From Candidatus Staskawiczbacteria bacterium RIFOXYB1_FULL_38_37 (GTDB taxonomy: Bacteria; Patescibacteriota; Minisyncoccia; Minisyncoccales; Staskawiczbacteraceae), in contig MHPK01000002.1 of the NCBI GenBank assembly GCA_001822075.1, positions 11,872-75,871 on the forward strand: a stretch of DNA of 64,000 bases, read 5' to 3'. Position 1 is the stretch's first letter; each line of letters opens with the position of its first letter. Positions 7,801-16,383 of the stretch are shown in pieces. The position numbers were made by a program, and so were the translations under genes. Under the pieces are notes generated by a model. The model was not told the DNA's origin, searched no databases, and saw only the letters and a program-made list of their open reading frames with translations.

Positions 7801-9102
7801 ATGACAATGTACGAGCTTCCAAAATTTGATATTTCAGAAGCCAAGAGTAAAATTTTAAAAGCCTTGGGCAAAAAAGTAGTTTGGCCGAATGTAATGCCGT
7901 ATATAATTTTGATTTTATTGGCAGGCATTTTAGTTTTTTATTCATGGATAGCATTTTTAGATTATTTTCCAGCCCATGTTCAGCAGTTAGTCCAGTATAT
8001 GCAGTTAAATGCCCCTGAAAATAACGGAACTGTTTCACAAAATCTCTATGAGTCAGCCATTTCTTACGAGCAGGCAGTAATTTCAGCCGTAAAATCAGCT
8101 GTTCCTTCTGTGGTGAGTATTGTAATTTCAAAAAATTTGCCCATTTATGAACAGCAATATGTGAATCCTTTTGGAGATTTGGGGCCTGGTTTTGAATTTT
8201 TAATTCCCCAATATGTGCAAAAAGGGACTCAATTGCAGGAAGTTGGCTCTGGCTCCGGTTTTATAGTTTCAGCTGACGGCATGGTTTTAACCAATAAGCA
8301 TGTTGTTTTAGAAAGCGCAGCTGAATACACTGTTTTTACAAATGAAGGCAAAAAATATTCCGCCAAAGTGCTGGCATTAGACCCAGCGCAGGATTTAGCT
8401 GTAATAAAAATAGAATCAGAAGAAACTTTTCAGCCTATAAAACTTGGCGATTCTTCACAAATTCAAATTGGCCAAACAGCTATTGCTATTGGAAACGCCT
8501 TGGGAGAATTTACCAACACTGTTTCGGTGGGCGTGGTGTCCGGGCTTCAAAGAACAATTTCAGCATCCGACAGAGGAGGCAGTTTTTCAGAAACGCTTCA
8601 GGGCATTATACAAACTGATGCGGCAATTAATTCCGGCAACTCGGGCGGGCCTCTGTTAAATTTAAAAGGTGAAGTTATTGGCATAAACACAGCCATGGCA
8701 GAAAACGCCCAGAGCATTGGTTTTGCAATACCAATAAACACTGCAAAAAATGACATTGAACAGGTTAAAAAAACTAATAAAATAGTTTACCCATTTTTAG
8801 GAGTCAGATATGTCTCAGTTGACAGCACGGTTCAACAGAAATATAATTTGCCTGTTGATTACGGAGTTTTGGTGTTAAAAGGCGCCAATGGCGAATCTGC
8901 TGTAACTAAGAGTTCTCCTGCCGAGGCAGCTGGCATAAAAGAAAATGATGTAATACTGGAATTGAATGGAGAAAAAATAACTGTAAATAATTTATTATCG
9001 CAGATAATCACAAAATACAATGTTGGAGACAAAGTGAATTTGAAAATTTTAAGAGATGGCCAAGAGCAAAATATTGAAGCTATTTTAGCCGAAAGAAAAT
9101 AA
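7801..9102 (+). CDS. htrA: HtrA/DegP-family serine protease with C-terminal PDZ domain
   Basis: N-terminal TM anchor. Catalytic motifs LTNKHVV (His) and GNSGGPLLN (Ser). PDZ-like SPAEAAGIKENDVILELNGEKI. Confidence 0.9.
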   Translation: MTMYELPKFDISEAKSKILKALGKKVVWPNVMPYIILILLAGILVFYSWIAFLDYFPAHVQQLVQYMQLNAPENNGTVSQNLYESAISYEQAVISAVKSAVPSVVSIVISKNLPIYEQQYVNPFGDLGPGFEFLIPQYVQKGTQLQEVGSGSGFIVSADGMVLTNKHVVLESAAEYTVFTNEGKKYSAKVLALDPAQDLAVIKIESEETFQPIKLGDSSQIQIGQTAIAIGNALGEFTNTVSVGVVSGLQRTISASDRGGSFSETLQGIIQTDAAINSGNSGGPLLNLKGEVIGINTAMAENAQSIGFAIPINTAKNDIEQVKKTNKIVYPFLGVRYVSVDSTVQQKYNLPVDYGVLVLKGANGESAVTKSSPAEAAGIKENDVILELNGEKITVNNLLSQIITKYNVGDKVNLKILRDGQEQNIEAILAERK

Positions 9103-9143
9103 AATTTGACTTATTTTTTTATTTTGCTAATATTAAAATATAC

Positions 9144-9224
9144 ATGAAAACAATAACCAGCCAAAATTATTTTTTTTATTTCAGCTTCTTTGCAAAAGGG
9201 GTTGGTTTGAGCGTTCTAAATTAA
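9144..9224 (+). CDS. Putative 26-aa leader peptide MKTITSQNYFFYFSFFAKGVGLSVLN
   Basis: Hand translation. Codons 9168-9191 encode YFFYFSFF (5 Phe, 2 Tyr in 8 codons). There is no Shine-Dalgarno, and the start lies a few nt after the predicted TSS. Confidence 0.35.
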   Translation: MKTITSQNYFFYFSFFAKGVGLSVLN

Positions 9225-9250
9225 AGAAAATAAAAATAGAAAATTCAAAC

Positions 9251-9280
9251 GAGCCCCTTTTACAAAAAGGAGCTTTTTTT
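9251..9280 (+). terminator. Intrinsic terminator in the leader of ORF 9317
   Basis: g9253-c9273, c54-g72, (c55/a71 mismatch), c56-g70, c57-g69, t58-a68 to t61-a65, a 3-nt loop, then TTTTTTT at 9274-9280. Confidence 0.5.
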
Positions 9281-9316
9281 CTGTTCTTTCACAACTTTTA
9301 CACGGAGGCACGGAAG

Positions 9317-9580
9317 ATGATTATTGTTATGAAACCGCAGGCGAACATTTTGATGGTTGAACACGTTATAAGATCTTTTCAGAAAGGAGGTTTTGACGTT
9401 CTTGTGAAAAACGGAGATGGAAAAGTTGTAATAGCTGCTATTGGTTCGGGTAATATCAATTCTGTTGCCGTAGAAAGATTATCAGGAGTTAAAACAATAC
9501 ACGAAAAGAACGATTTATTTGTTTCAACCGAGGGGAAAGGATTTGTGGAAGCGCACGAATTTTTGAAAAAATGGGATTAA
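9317..9580 (+). CDS. Stand-alone ferredoxin-like/ACT-like domain protein resembling the N-terminal regulatory (FL) domain of Thermotoga-type DAHP synthase
   Basis: 87 aa. MIIVMKPQANILMVEHVIRSFQKGGFDVLVKNGDGKVVIAAIGSG lines up by eye with my recollection of MIVVLKPGSTEEDIRKVVKLAESYNLKCHISKGQERTVIGIIGDD. A GGAGG-like box (cacggagg) lies upstream. Confidence 0.4.
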   Translation: MIIVMKPQANILMVEHVIRSFQKGGFDVLVKNGDGKVVIAAIGSGNINSVAVERLSGVKTIHEKNDLFVSTEGKGFVEAHEFLKKWD

Positions 9581-9596
9581 CCCAGGCGGTTAATAC

Positions 9597-9624
9597 TTGA
9601 CTATTTATATTTTTTTGTTATAAT
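9597..9624 (+). promoter_or_regulatory. Sigma70-like promoter with extended -10
   Basis: TTGACT 9597-9602, 16-nt spacer ending in TGT, TATAAT 9619-9624. Confidence 0.45.
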
Positions 9625-9665
9625 TATATCAGCACACTCAAAGTAAACTTTTTTTGGAGGGTTTT

Positions 9666-10127
9666 ATGAAAACCTATACTACAGGACAAGTTTCAAAAAT
9701 TTGCGGGTTAAAACCCCGCGAGGTGGCAAAATTGTTTGATAACGGCGAAATCAATGGCCACATTCAGGAAAGCAAATATAAGCGAAGAAGCCATAGACGG
9801 ATTTCTTTGAAATCTCTTATAGGATTTATGATAAAGAACGGAATTTCTTTTGATACGTTTGGAAAAGACCAAGCCGCCCAAAAAGCAATTTTGTGCCGCC
9901 TGACTGCAGATCTGGAAGCATCTATAGCAAAAGCCAAAAAACGCGGGGACATTTTTTTGAAAATTGGCCAAGATTCCGATAAGTTTGCAGAAATTATTGG
10001 AATATTGGGGTCATTGGAAAATGTCCGTGATGTTGCTAGAAATATTGCATGGGCAAAGGTCCTGAGAAGAATGGCAGAAGCCATAGAACAGCACACAAAA
10101 ATGTGCATAGCCAACTCCAAAAGATAG
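9666..10127 (+). CDS. Helix-turn-helix (excisionase/MerR-type) DNA-binding protein
   Basis: YTTGQVSKICGLKPREVAKLFDNGEINGH at the N-terminus. I prefer the ATG at 9666 (GGAGGG at 9656-9661) over the TTG at 9654 given in the track. Confidence 0.55.
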   Translation: MKTYTTGQVSKICGLKPREVAKLFDNGEINGHIQESKYKRRSHRRISLKSLIGFMIKNGISFDTFGKDQAAQKAILCRLTADLEASIAKAKKRGDIFLKIGQDSDKFAEIIGILGSLENVRDVARNIAWAKVLRRMAEAIEQHTKMCIANSKR

Positions 10128-10160
10128 TCCGCTATCTGTCAGCTGGCGGAAGCGGAACAG

Positions 10161-10185
10161 GGCGAGGACATTCTTCGCCTTTTTT
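10161..10185 (+). terminator. Intrinsic terminator after ORF 9666-10127
   Basis: ggcgagg (10161-10167) pairs with tcttcgcc (one G.U), followed by TTTTTT at 10180-10185. Confidence 0.55.
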
Positions 10186-10207
10186 AATACAATCAGGCCC
10201 GCGGATG

Positions 10208-10236
10208 TTGATTTTTTGCTGCTTTTGAGTTAAAAT
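10208..10236 (+). promoter_or_regulatory. Candidate clpB promoter
   Basis: TTGATT 10208-10213, 17 nt, TAAAAT 10231-10236. The ATG at 10243 lies about 7 nt downstream with no Shine-Dalgarno. Confidence 0.35.
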
Positions 10237-10242
10237 CAAAGT

Positions 10243-12948
10243 ATGAACGGATCTAATTTTACCAACAAAGCGCAAGACGCAATAATGCAGGCCCAGCAAT
10301 TGGCTCAGGAAAAGGGACAACAGCAAATAGATGCCCTGCATCTTTTGTTTTCTTTGCTTTCTCAAGAGGGCAGTATTATTATAACAATTTTACAAAAACT
10401 GGGAGTTGATGTCGACAATTTAAAGAAAAAAGCTGAAGCGCAAATAATAAAAATTCCTGTAATTTCAACGCCAACAGCATTTGGTCAGTTTTACCTTACG
10501 CAAGACATGGCAAAAGTCTTAGACAGAGCCAGGCAGGAGGCAATGAACATGCAAGACGAGTTTATTTCTGTAGAACACTTATTTCTGGCGCTTTTAGACG
10601 TAAGGTCAAACGCAAAAGAAGTTTTAGAAAAAATTTCATTTTTCTTTGGCGAGCAGGAGGACGGAAAATTTAAAACTTCAAAATTAGACTACGAGTCGGT
10701 TTTGAAAGTTTTGTCGCAAATAAGGGGAGGTCAAAGAATTACAGACCCAGAACCCGAATCAAAATACCAGGTTATTGAAAAGTACACAAGAAATTTAACA
10801 TCTTTGGCTTCAGCTGGAAAAATCGACCCGATTATAGGCAGAGAAAATGAAATAAGAAGGTTAATGCAGATAATTTCGCGCAGGACAAAAAATAATCCTG
10901 TATTAATAGGCGAGGCGGGCGTTGGAAAAACCGCAATTGTTGAAGGATTTGCCAGAAAAATTGCCAGAGGAGACGTGCCGGAATTTTTAAGAAATAAAGA
11001 AATAATTTCTTTAGATTTGGGAGCTATAATTGCAGGAACCAAATACAGGGGAGAATTTGAAACAAGAATTAAAGCTCTGCTAAAAGAATTAAACAGAGCC
11101 AGCGGAAAATATATTTTGTTTATTGACGAGCTTCACACTCTAGTGGGAGCGGGAGCCGCGGAGGGAGCTATTGACGCTTCAAATTTATTGAAGCCGGCTT
11201 TATCCCGAGGAGAATTACGGGCTATCGGAGCTACAACTTTAAAAGAATACCAAAAATATATTGAAAGAGACCCTGCTTTTGAAAGAAGATTCCAGCCTAT
11301 TTATGTGCAAGAGCCCTCATCTGACGACGCTGTAGCCATATTAAGAGGAATCAAAGAAAAATACGAAGTCCATCATGGGGTAAAAATTAAAGATTCTGCA
11401 ATTAAAGCAACCGTTGATTTGTCCAACCGTTATATTTCTGACAGATTTTTGCCTGACAAGGCAGTTGATTTAATGGATGAAGCGGCTTCGGCCTTAAGAT
11501 TGGAAATTGAATCTGAGCCTCATGAAATTGAAAAATATAACAAAGAGCTTACCAAGCTTGAAATTGAAAAGCAGGCCTTGAAAAAAGAAAAAGGTTCTGA
11601 AAGAAGATTAAAGGCGATAGCAAGAGAGATAGCTGATTTAAAAGAAAAAACAAAGGGGCTAAGGGCAAAATGGTCAGCAGAAAAAGAATTGATTAATAAA
11701 ATAAAAGAAATAAAACAAAAATTAGACGGCCTTTCCCACCAGATAGATGTGGCCCAGAGAGATGCAGATTTGGAAAAAGTGGCTGAAATAAAATATGGAA
11801 AAATTCCTGAATTATTAAAAGAGCAGAAAACCACAGAGCAAAAATTAATAAAAATACAGAAAGAGCACCATTTTTTGAAAGAAGAGGTGACAGAAGAAGA
11901 TGTGGCGCAGGTTGTTTCCCGCTGGACAGGAATTCCGGTCATGCGTTTAATTACAGAAGAAGCTAAAAAATTAGAGACAATGGAAGTTGCTTTAAATAGG
12001 CGGGTAATCGGCCAGCAAGAGGCAATTTCAGCCATATCCAGAGCGATTAGAAGGGCAAGGGCGGGTATTTCAGAAGAGAATAAGCCATTAGGCTCATTTA
12101 TGTTTTTAGGGCCCACGGGCGTAGGCAAAACAGAGACAGTAAGGGCTTTGGCAGAATTTTTGTTTGACGATGAAAAGGCAATGATACGGCTTGATATGTC
12201 AGAATATATGGAGCGCCATACGGTTTCTAAAATTATCGGCTCTCCTCCAGGATATGTTGGGTATGAAGAAGCAGGCCAATTAACAGAGAAGGTAAGGCGC
12301 AGGCCCTATTCGGTGGTTTTGTTAGATGAGGTTGAAAAAGCGCATCCTGATATTTTTAATATCTTATTGCAGATTTTTGAAGATGGCAGATTAACAGATT
12401 CTAAAGGAAGAGTAGTTTCGTTTAAAAATACTATTATTATAATGACTTCAAATTTGGGTTCTGATTACATTAATAAAATGTCTTCTATGGGTTTTGACAC
12501 AAAAGAAGAGCAAGCTGAAATAAAATCAATGAAAGAAAAGATATTTGATTCCTTGAAAGAATCTTTCAGGCCTGAATTTTTAAATAGAATTGACGAGGTT
12601 GTGATATTCAACTACCTCAAAGAACCTCAGATTAAAAGCATTGTTGACATGGAGCTGTCAAAAGTTGAAAAGAGACTGGTTCAAAAAGAAATTAAAATTA
12701 AAATTTCAGAAAAAGCCAAAGATTTGCTTGTAAAAGAGGGTTTTGACCCGAATTTGGGAGCAAGGCCTTTAAAAAGAGTGATACAAAGGCTGATTTTAGA
12801 CCCCTTGTCTGTTAAAATAGTAACGAACGAAGTTGTTGAGGGCAATCAGGTTATAATTGATGAAAAAGCAGGAAAAATAGTTTTTGAACTTCCTAAAATT
12901 TTTCCTAAAATGCCTGACAGGCCCAAACTGGCAAAAGCCAAAAGATAA
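10243..12948 (+). CDS. clpB: ClpB disaggregase (AAA+ chaperone)
   Basis: 901 aa. Two Walker A motifs ([22 protein letters not shown]), a long coiled-coil middle domain between the NBDs, and a Clp N-domain. Confidence 0.95.
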   Translation: MNGSNFTNKAQDAIMQAQQLAQEKGQQQIDALHLLFSLLSQEGSIIITILQKLGVDVDNLKKKAEAQIIKIPVISTPTAFGQFYLTQDMAKVLDRARQEAMNMQDEFISVEHLFLALLDVRSNAKEVLEKISFFFGEQEDGKFKTSKLDYESVLKVLSQIRGGQRITDPEPESKYQVIEKYTRNLTSLASAGKIDPIIGRENEIRRLMQIISRRTKNNPVLIGEAGVGKTAIVEGFARKIARGDVPEFLRNKEIISLDLGAIIAGTKYRGEFETRIKALLKELNRASGKYILFIDELHTLVGAGAAEGAIDASNLLKPALSRGELRAIGATTLKEYQKYIERDPAFERRFQPIYVQEPSSDDAVAILRGIKEKYEVHHGVKIKDSAIKATVDLSNRYISDRFLPDKAVDLMDEAASALRLEIESEPHEIEKYNKELTKLEIEKQALKKEKGSERRLKAIAREIADLKEKTKGLRAKWSAEKELINKIKEIKQKLDGLSHQIDVAQRDADLEKVAEIKYGKIPELLKEQKTTEQKLIKIQKEHHFLKEEVTEEDVAQVVSRWTGIPVMRLITEEAKKLETMEVALNRRVIGQQEAISAISRAIRRARAGISEENKPLGSFMFLGPTGVGKTETVRALAEFLFDDEKAMIRLDMSEYMERHTVSKIIGSPPGYVGYEEAGQLTEKVRRRPYSVVLLDEVEKAHPDIFNILLQIFEDGRLTDSKGRVVSFKNTIIIMTSNLGSDYINKMSSMGFDTKEEQAEIKSMKEKIFDSLKESFRPEFLNRIDEVVIFNYLKEPQIKSIVDMELSKVEKRLVQKEIKIKISEKAKDLLVKEGFDPNLGARPLKRVIQRLILDPLSVKIVTNEVVEGNQVIIDEKAGKIVFELPKIFPKMPDRPKLAKAKR

Positions 12949-12975
12949 AATCTATTTATAGTGAATTTAAAAAAA

Positions 12976-13014
12976 GGCAGATTTTTTGCGACCGCAAAAA
13001 ATCTGCCTTTTTTT
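12976..13014 (+). terminator. Strong intrinsic terminator after clpB
   Basis: ggcagattttttgcg (12976-12990) is perfectly complementary to cgcaaaaaatctgcc (12993-13007), followed by a T-run at 13008-13014. Confidence 0.85.
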
Positions 13015-13025
13015 GGTTGCAGAGT

Positions 13026-13053
13026 TTGACAAGGGTTTTTAAAAGAATATAAA
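13026..13053 (+). promoter_or_regulatory. Sigma70-like promoter
   Basis: TTGACA 13026-13031, 16 nt, TATAAA 13048-13053. Confidence 0.4.
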
Positions 13054-13114
13054 TAAATAATATCTGTGTAGTCCTTTACAACTTTATTTTCCAGAATAAA
13101 TGAGGAGGTGTAAA

Positions 13115-13348
13115 ATGAGCAAAACCCTGAACATCAGCCCAGAAAATCAGAGAAGAGAAGAAAAACCTGCCGAGCTTTGCTGCTGCACTTTTTGCGGCGG
13201 AATATCTATGCACATTATTGTGACAAGGCAAGGAAAAAGAATGGCGTGCTGTTTTGAATGCGTTTCAAATAAAATGGCTGAATGGCCGCCTTACGTTTTG
13301 AAAACAGAGCCCCTTCCTTATGAGGTGAGGAGGCTGCAGCGCCAATAA
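13115..13348 (+). CDS. Small Cys-rich (zinc-ribbon-like) protein
   Basis: 77 aa from the ATG at 13115 (GAGGAGG at 13102-13108). Cys clusters CCCTFCGG and CCFEC. Confidence 0.5.
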   Translation: MSKTLNISPENQRREEKPAELCCCTFCGGISMHIIVTRQGKRMACCFECVSNKMAEWPPYVLKTEPLPYEVRRLQRQ

Positions 13349-13362
13349 GCATTTTTAATGCC

Positions 13363-13384
13363 AGAGGCTTCGGCCTCTTTTTTA
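13363..13384 (+). terminator. Intrinsic terminator
   Basis: agaggc-ttcg-gcctct (13363-13378) followed by a T-run. Confidence 0.75.
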
Positions 13385-13442
13385 TATTTATCCACTATTG
13401 AAATTTTTAATTTCTGATAAAATAAATAATATTTTAAAATAA

Positions 13443-15812
13443 ATGCCTGCAAGCCGGATTTTTTCTTTTTTAGCCAGTTTTTTTATAACTTTTTTGTTCG
13501 GGCTTTGTGTCTGGAGCGCATTTTTATATCCAGACAATATTTTTGGCAACATTGCATGGCAAGTCCGCTCAATATTTTTTAGAGCCTCTGTTTCCGGCAG
13601 CTTGGAATTTGAAGAATTAGGCCTTATTGAAAGCAAAGAAAATCAAAATAAGCAAAATATAGAGCAAAATGATAACGACATAATTGAAGAAAATGAAAAT
13701 ATTGAAGAGTATACAGGGATTGGAGGTCCCGACCCTTCTTTGATGTCAGAGCAGGATTTGTTAGATGATATTGCTGAAAAATTAGACATTATACAGCAGC
13801 AGGTTCAAGAGCTCACAAAAGAAAACCGAGATCCAGATGATGAACAAAAAATAGACGAGGAGATTAGTTTAAAAGAAGAGCTTGAGAAAGAGTTAGAGGA
13901 AAATAATGAGATAGAAATTAAGAACGAGATTTTTTATCCTAAAATTTTAATTTCAGAAGTTCAGATAGAGGCTCAAGGCGACGCAAAACAAGAATTTGTG
14001 GAACTTTTTAATCCTAATGATTTTGAAATTGAGCTAACCGGCTGGTATTTGCAAAGAAAAACAAAAACAGGCGCCGATTATTCAACTTTTGCCAGCTCGT
14101 CTTTGTTTTTTGGCAAAATAATACCTGCTAAAGGATATTTTTTAATTTGCAGAGAAAGTTATTATTTTAATGGTTTGTGCAATATTTTTACAGAAAATGC
14201 GCTTTCAGATGACACGTCTTTGGCTTTTAAAAATCCCAATAAAGAAATTTCTGACAAACTGGGCTTTGGCGAGGCTTTAGATTATGAATTATCACCTGCC
14301 CAAAATTCTGAAAACGGAAAAACCATAGGCAGAAAAGCCATATCTTACAGAGTAGAGAAGGACACAGACAATAATTCAGCTGATTTTGAAATTCAAGAGC
14401 CGACTCCAAAAGCAGAAAATATTACTTATGTTCAGCCAATAACTCCTGTTGCGACTGCCATCTCGGGCGGCGGCAGTTCGGCTCCAGTTATTTATCCTAA
14501 AATTTTAATTTCAGAGGCGCAGATAGCTCCAATTGAGCAGAGGTTTGTTGAGATTTATAATCCAAATAACACAGATGTTGAGCTAACCGGCTGGTATTTG
14601 CAAAGAAAAACAAAAACAGCTAATTCGTGGTCTTCTTTTGTTTCTTCAACAAAATTTGAGAGAAAAACAATTTCAGCTAAAAGTTATTTTTTAATTTCCC
14701 GTGAAATCGAAAATTCAGATATTTTGTTTGATATCACGTTTTCAGCTGATAATTCTTTAGCTTTAAAAGACCCTAATGGAGATATTAAAGACAAGCTTGG
14801 TTTTGGCGAGGCCCAGGATTTTGAATTAAGCCCAACAGAAAATCCAGAAGAAAACAAAAGCATTGGAAGAAAAGTTTTAGAGGGCATAGAGCAGGACACA
14901 GATGATAATTCTTTGGATTTTGAAACACAGCAGGCAACCCCTGGGGCTGAAAATATAACTTGGGTGGAACCAGAGCCCGAGCCCGAGCCTGAACCAGAAC
15001 CTGAAAAAGACACAATCCCTCCTTTGGCTGATTTCACTCTTTTACCAGAATATAACAGCCTTGATTTTTCAATAGATTTTGAAATTGAAGACCCCTTGGG
15101 AGCTGTTACTCCTTCTGGAATAGACAGCTATATTTTTAGATGGCAGAAAAACGAGTATGCGCCGGAAAACGGATGGCAGATGGGAGATGAAGCGCAAGTT
15201 GAGTCAGCCCCATTGCATTTTGAAGGAACGTGGGATTTTATGGGAGAAGATGGAACAACATATTATTTTCAGATAAAAGTAAAGGATGCAGAGCAAAACG
15301 AATCTTTATGGCTGCCCGAAACCCCTGTTTTAACTAAAATCAGCATTCCCAAAAAAGTTTTAATAAATGAGGCGCAAATTAGTCCGATTGAACAAAGATT
15401 TGTGGAACTTTTTAATCCCAATGATTTTGATATTGAGCTAACCGGCTGGTATTTGCAAAGAAAAACAGCTAATGATGCGCTCGAAGATTCTTGGAATAGT
15501 TTTGTTTCGTCGTCTAATTTTGAAAATAAAATAATTTTAGCCAATGGCTATTTTCTTATTTCCCGTGAAATCGAAAATTCAGACATTTTATCGGATATAG
15601 CATTAAAAAATGATAATTCTTTGGCATTAAAAAATTCTAATAGAGAGATTATTGATAAACTGGGCTGGGGATCTAGCCAAGATTTTGAATCAGCTCCAGT
15701 TTTAAACCCGGAAGAAGGCCAAAGCATTGCAAGAAAAGGCCACGACACAGATGACAACAGCCAAGATTTTGAGGTTTGTGAAACGCCCACGCCAACCCCT
15801 TCAGGAAATTAA
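13443..15812 (+). CDS. Membrane-anchored protein with three lamin-tail-domain (LTD) repeats, an acidic coiled region and an (EP)6 linker
   Basis: 789 aa with an N-terminal TM helix. LTD signature repeated three times (ILISEVQI..EFVELFNPNDFEIELTGWYLQRKT). EPEPEPEPEPEPE is encoded at 14967-15005. Confidence 0.75.
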   Translation: MPASRIFSFLASFFITFLFGLCVWSAFLYPDNIFGNIAWQVRSIFFRASVSGSLEFEELGLIESKENQNKQNIEQNDNDIIEENENIEEYTGIGGPDPSLMSEQDLLDDIAEKLDIIQQQVQELTKENRDPDDEQKIDEEISLKEELEKELEENNEIEIKNEIFYPKILISEVQIEAQGDAKQEFVELFNPNDFEIELTGWYLQRKTKTGADYSTFASSSLFFGKIIPAKGYFLICRESYYFNGLCNIFTENALSDDTSLAFKNPNKEISDKLGFGEALDYELSPAQNSENGKTIGRKAISYRVEKDTDNNSADFEIQEPTPKAENITYVQPITPVATAISGGGSSAPVIYPKILISEAQIAPIEQRFVEIYNPNNTDVELTGWYLQRKTKTANSWSSFVSSTKFERKTISAKSYFLISREIENSDILFDITFSADNSLALKDPNGDIKDKLGFGEAQDFELSPTENPEENKSIGRKVLEGIEQDTDDNSLDFETQQATPGAENITWVEPEPEPEPEPEPEKDTIPPLADFTLLPEYNSLDFSIDFEIEDPLGAVTPSGIDSYIFRWQKNEYAPENGWQMGDEAQVESAPLHFEGTWDFMGEDGTTYYFQIKVKDAEQNESLWLPETPVLTKISIPKKVLINEAQISPIEQRFVELFNPNDFDIELTGWYLQRKTANDALEDSWNSFVSSSNFENKIILANGYFLISREIENSDILSDIALKNDNSLALKNSNREIIDKLGWGSSQDFESAPVLNPEEGQSIARKGHDTDDNSQDFEVCETPTPTPSGN
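13935..14426 (+). repeat. LTD module 1 (intragenic repeat)
   Basis: Shares the 39-nt identical stretch gagctaaccggctggtatttgcaaagaaaaacaaaaaca with module 2, and tatcctaaaattttaatttcaga at the module start. Confidence 0.7.
14493..14960 (+). repeat. LTD module 2 (intragenic repeat)
   Basis: Near-identical DNA blocks shared with modules 1 and 3 (for example atttcccgtgaaatcgaaaattcaga with module 3). Confidence 0.7.
15351..15809 (+). repeat. LTD module 3 (intragenic repeat)
   Basis: gagctaaccggctggtatttgcaaagaaaaaca and atttcccgtgaaatcgaaaattcaga are shared with the other modules. Confidence 0.7.
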
Positions 15813-15888
15813 TTTTTGTTGTTGTAATATACATTGTTATACTCGTTATGGTATAATCAATCAATTAGTAATATAGTTTGTTAATAAT

Positions 15889-16263
15889 ATGAAAATTTAT
15901 AAAGACCAAGATTCAACTATAATAAATGCGGCTGAATTATTGGCTACAATTATAAGCTCCCGTGATGTTGCAGATGTTTTGGAGACAGAAATTAAAAAAG
16001 CTGATAGTAAATCAGTGGTTTTGGATTTTGACAATGTTAAATTTATTTCTCGTTCTGCGGCTCATGCTTTGCTTTTATTGAAAGACAAACTAAAAAACAA
16101 ATTTTGGCATAAAACAGATATGTCTTTTATAAACGCTAATAAAGATGTTTTAGAAATGTTGCGTATCGTAGCTGCAAATCGGGCTTATCCTAAAAACGAG
16201 AAACCAGATTTTAATCCGGAGAAAATTGACATAAATTCATTATTGGAAGAGACGCCTGTTTAG
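15889..16263 (+). CDS. STAS-like (DUF4325-type) small protein
   Basis: 124 aa. VVLDFDNVKFISRSAAHALL resembles the DUF4325/STAS-like motif. This is pattern recall only. Confidence 0.4.
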   Translation: MKIYKDQDSTIINAAELLATIISSRDVADVLETEIKKADSKSVVLDFDNVKFISRSAAHALLLLKDKLKNKFWHKTDMSFINANKDVLEMLRIVAANRAYPKNEKPDFNPEKIDINSLLEETPV

Positions 16264-16278
16264 TTTTAATAAAAATTA

Positions 16279-16303
16279 AAAACCACCCAAAGGCGGTTTT
16301 TTT
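16279..16303 (+). terminator. Candidate intrinsic terminator
   Basis: aaaaccacc / ggcggtttt hairpin (one mismatch) followed by a T-run. Confidence 0.5.
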
Positions 16304-16304
16304 G

Positions 16305-16333
16305 TTGACTTTAATTATTTTTTGTTGTATTCT
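16305..16333 (+). promoter_or_regulatory. Sigma70-like promoter followed by a 5'-UTR hairpin
   Basis: TTGACT 16305-16310, 17 nt, TATTCT 16328-16333. Hairpin ccacagc(16341-16347)/gctgtgg(16354-16360). Confidence 0.4.
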
Positions 16334-16383
16334 GTGTTTACCACAGCAACTTCGCTGTGGCGCACCTTTACAGGAGAATAGCG

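Larger units (their letters stand above)
9106..9280 (+). promoter_or_regulatory. Candidate leader-peptide transcription attenuator (promoter, Phe/Tyr-rich leader ORF, antiterminator/terminator alternative)
   Basis: Promoter TTGACT 9106-9111, 16 nt, TAATAT 9128-9133. Leader ORF 9144-9224. 9194-9211 pairs with 9244-9261 (one mismatch) and competes with terminator hairpin 9251-9261/9264-9275, which is followed by T7 at 9274-9280. Confidence 0.45.

Noticed and set aside
11520-12128. 202-aa antisense ORF inside clpB (also 10731-11042)
   Set aside because: It lies opposite an unambiguous ClpB coding frame. It results from the Lys/Glu-rich coiled-coil codons read in reverse.
13388-13636. 82-aa minus-strand ORF across the start of the LTD gene
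   Set aside because: It is antisense to a well-supported gene start and to the upstream promoter/terminator region, and it has no motif.
14967-15005. (GAR CCN)n tract as a hypervariable microsatellite
   Set aside because: Codon usage varies within the tract (gaa/gag, cca/ccc/cct), so it is not a pure DNA repeat. I interpret it as an (EP)6 flexible linker.
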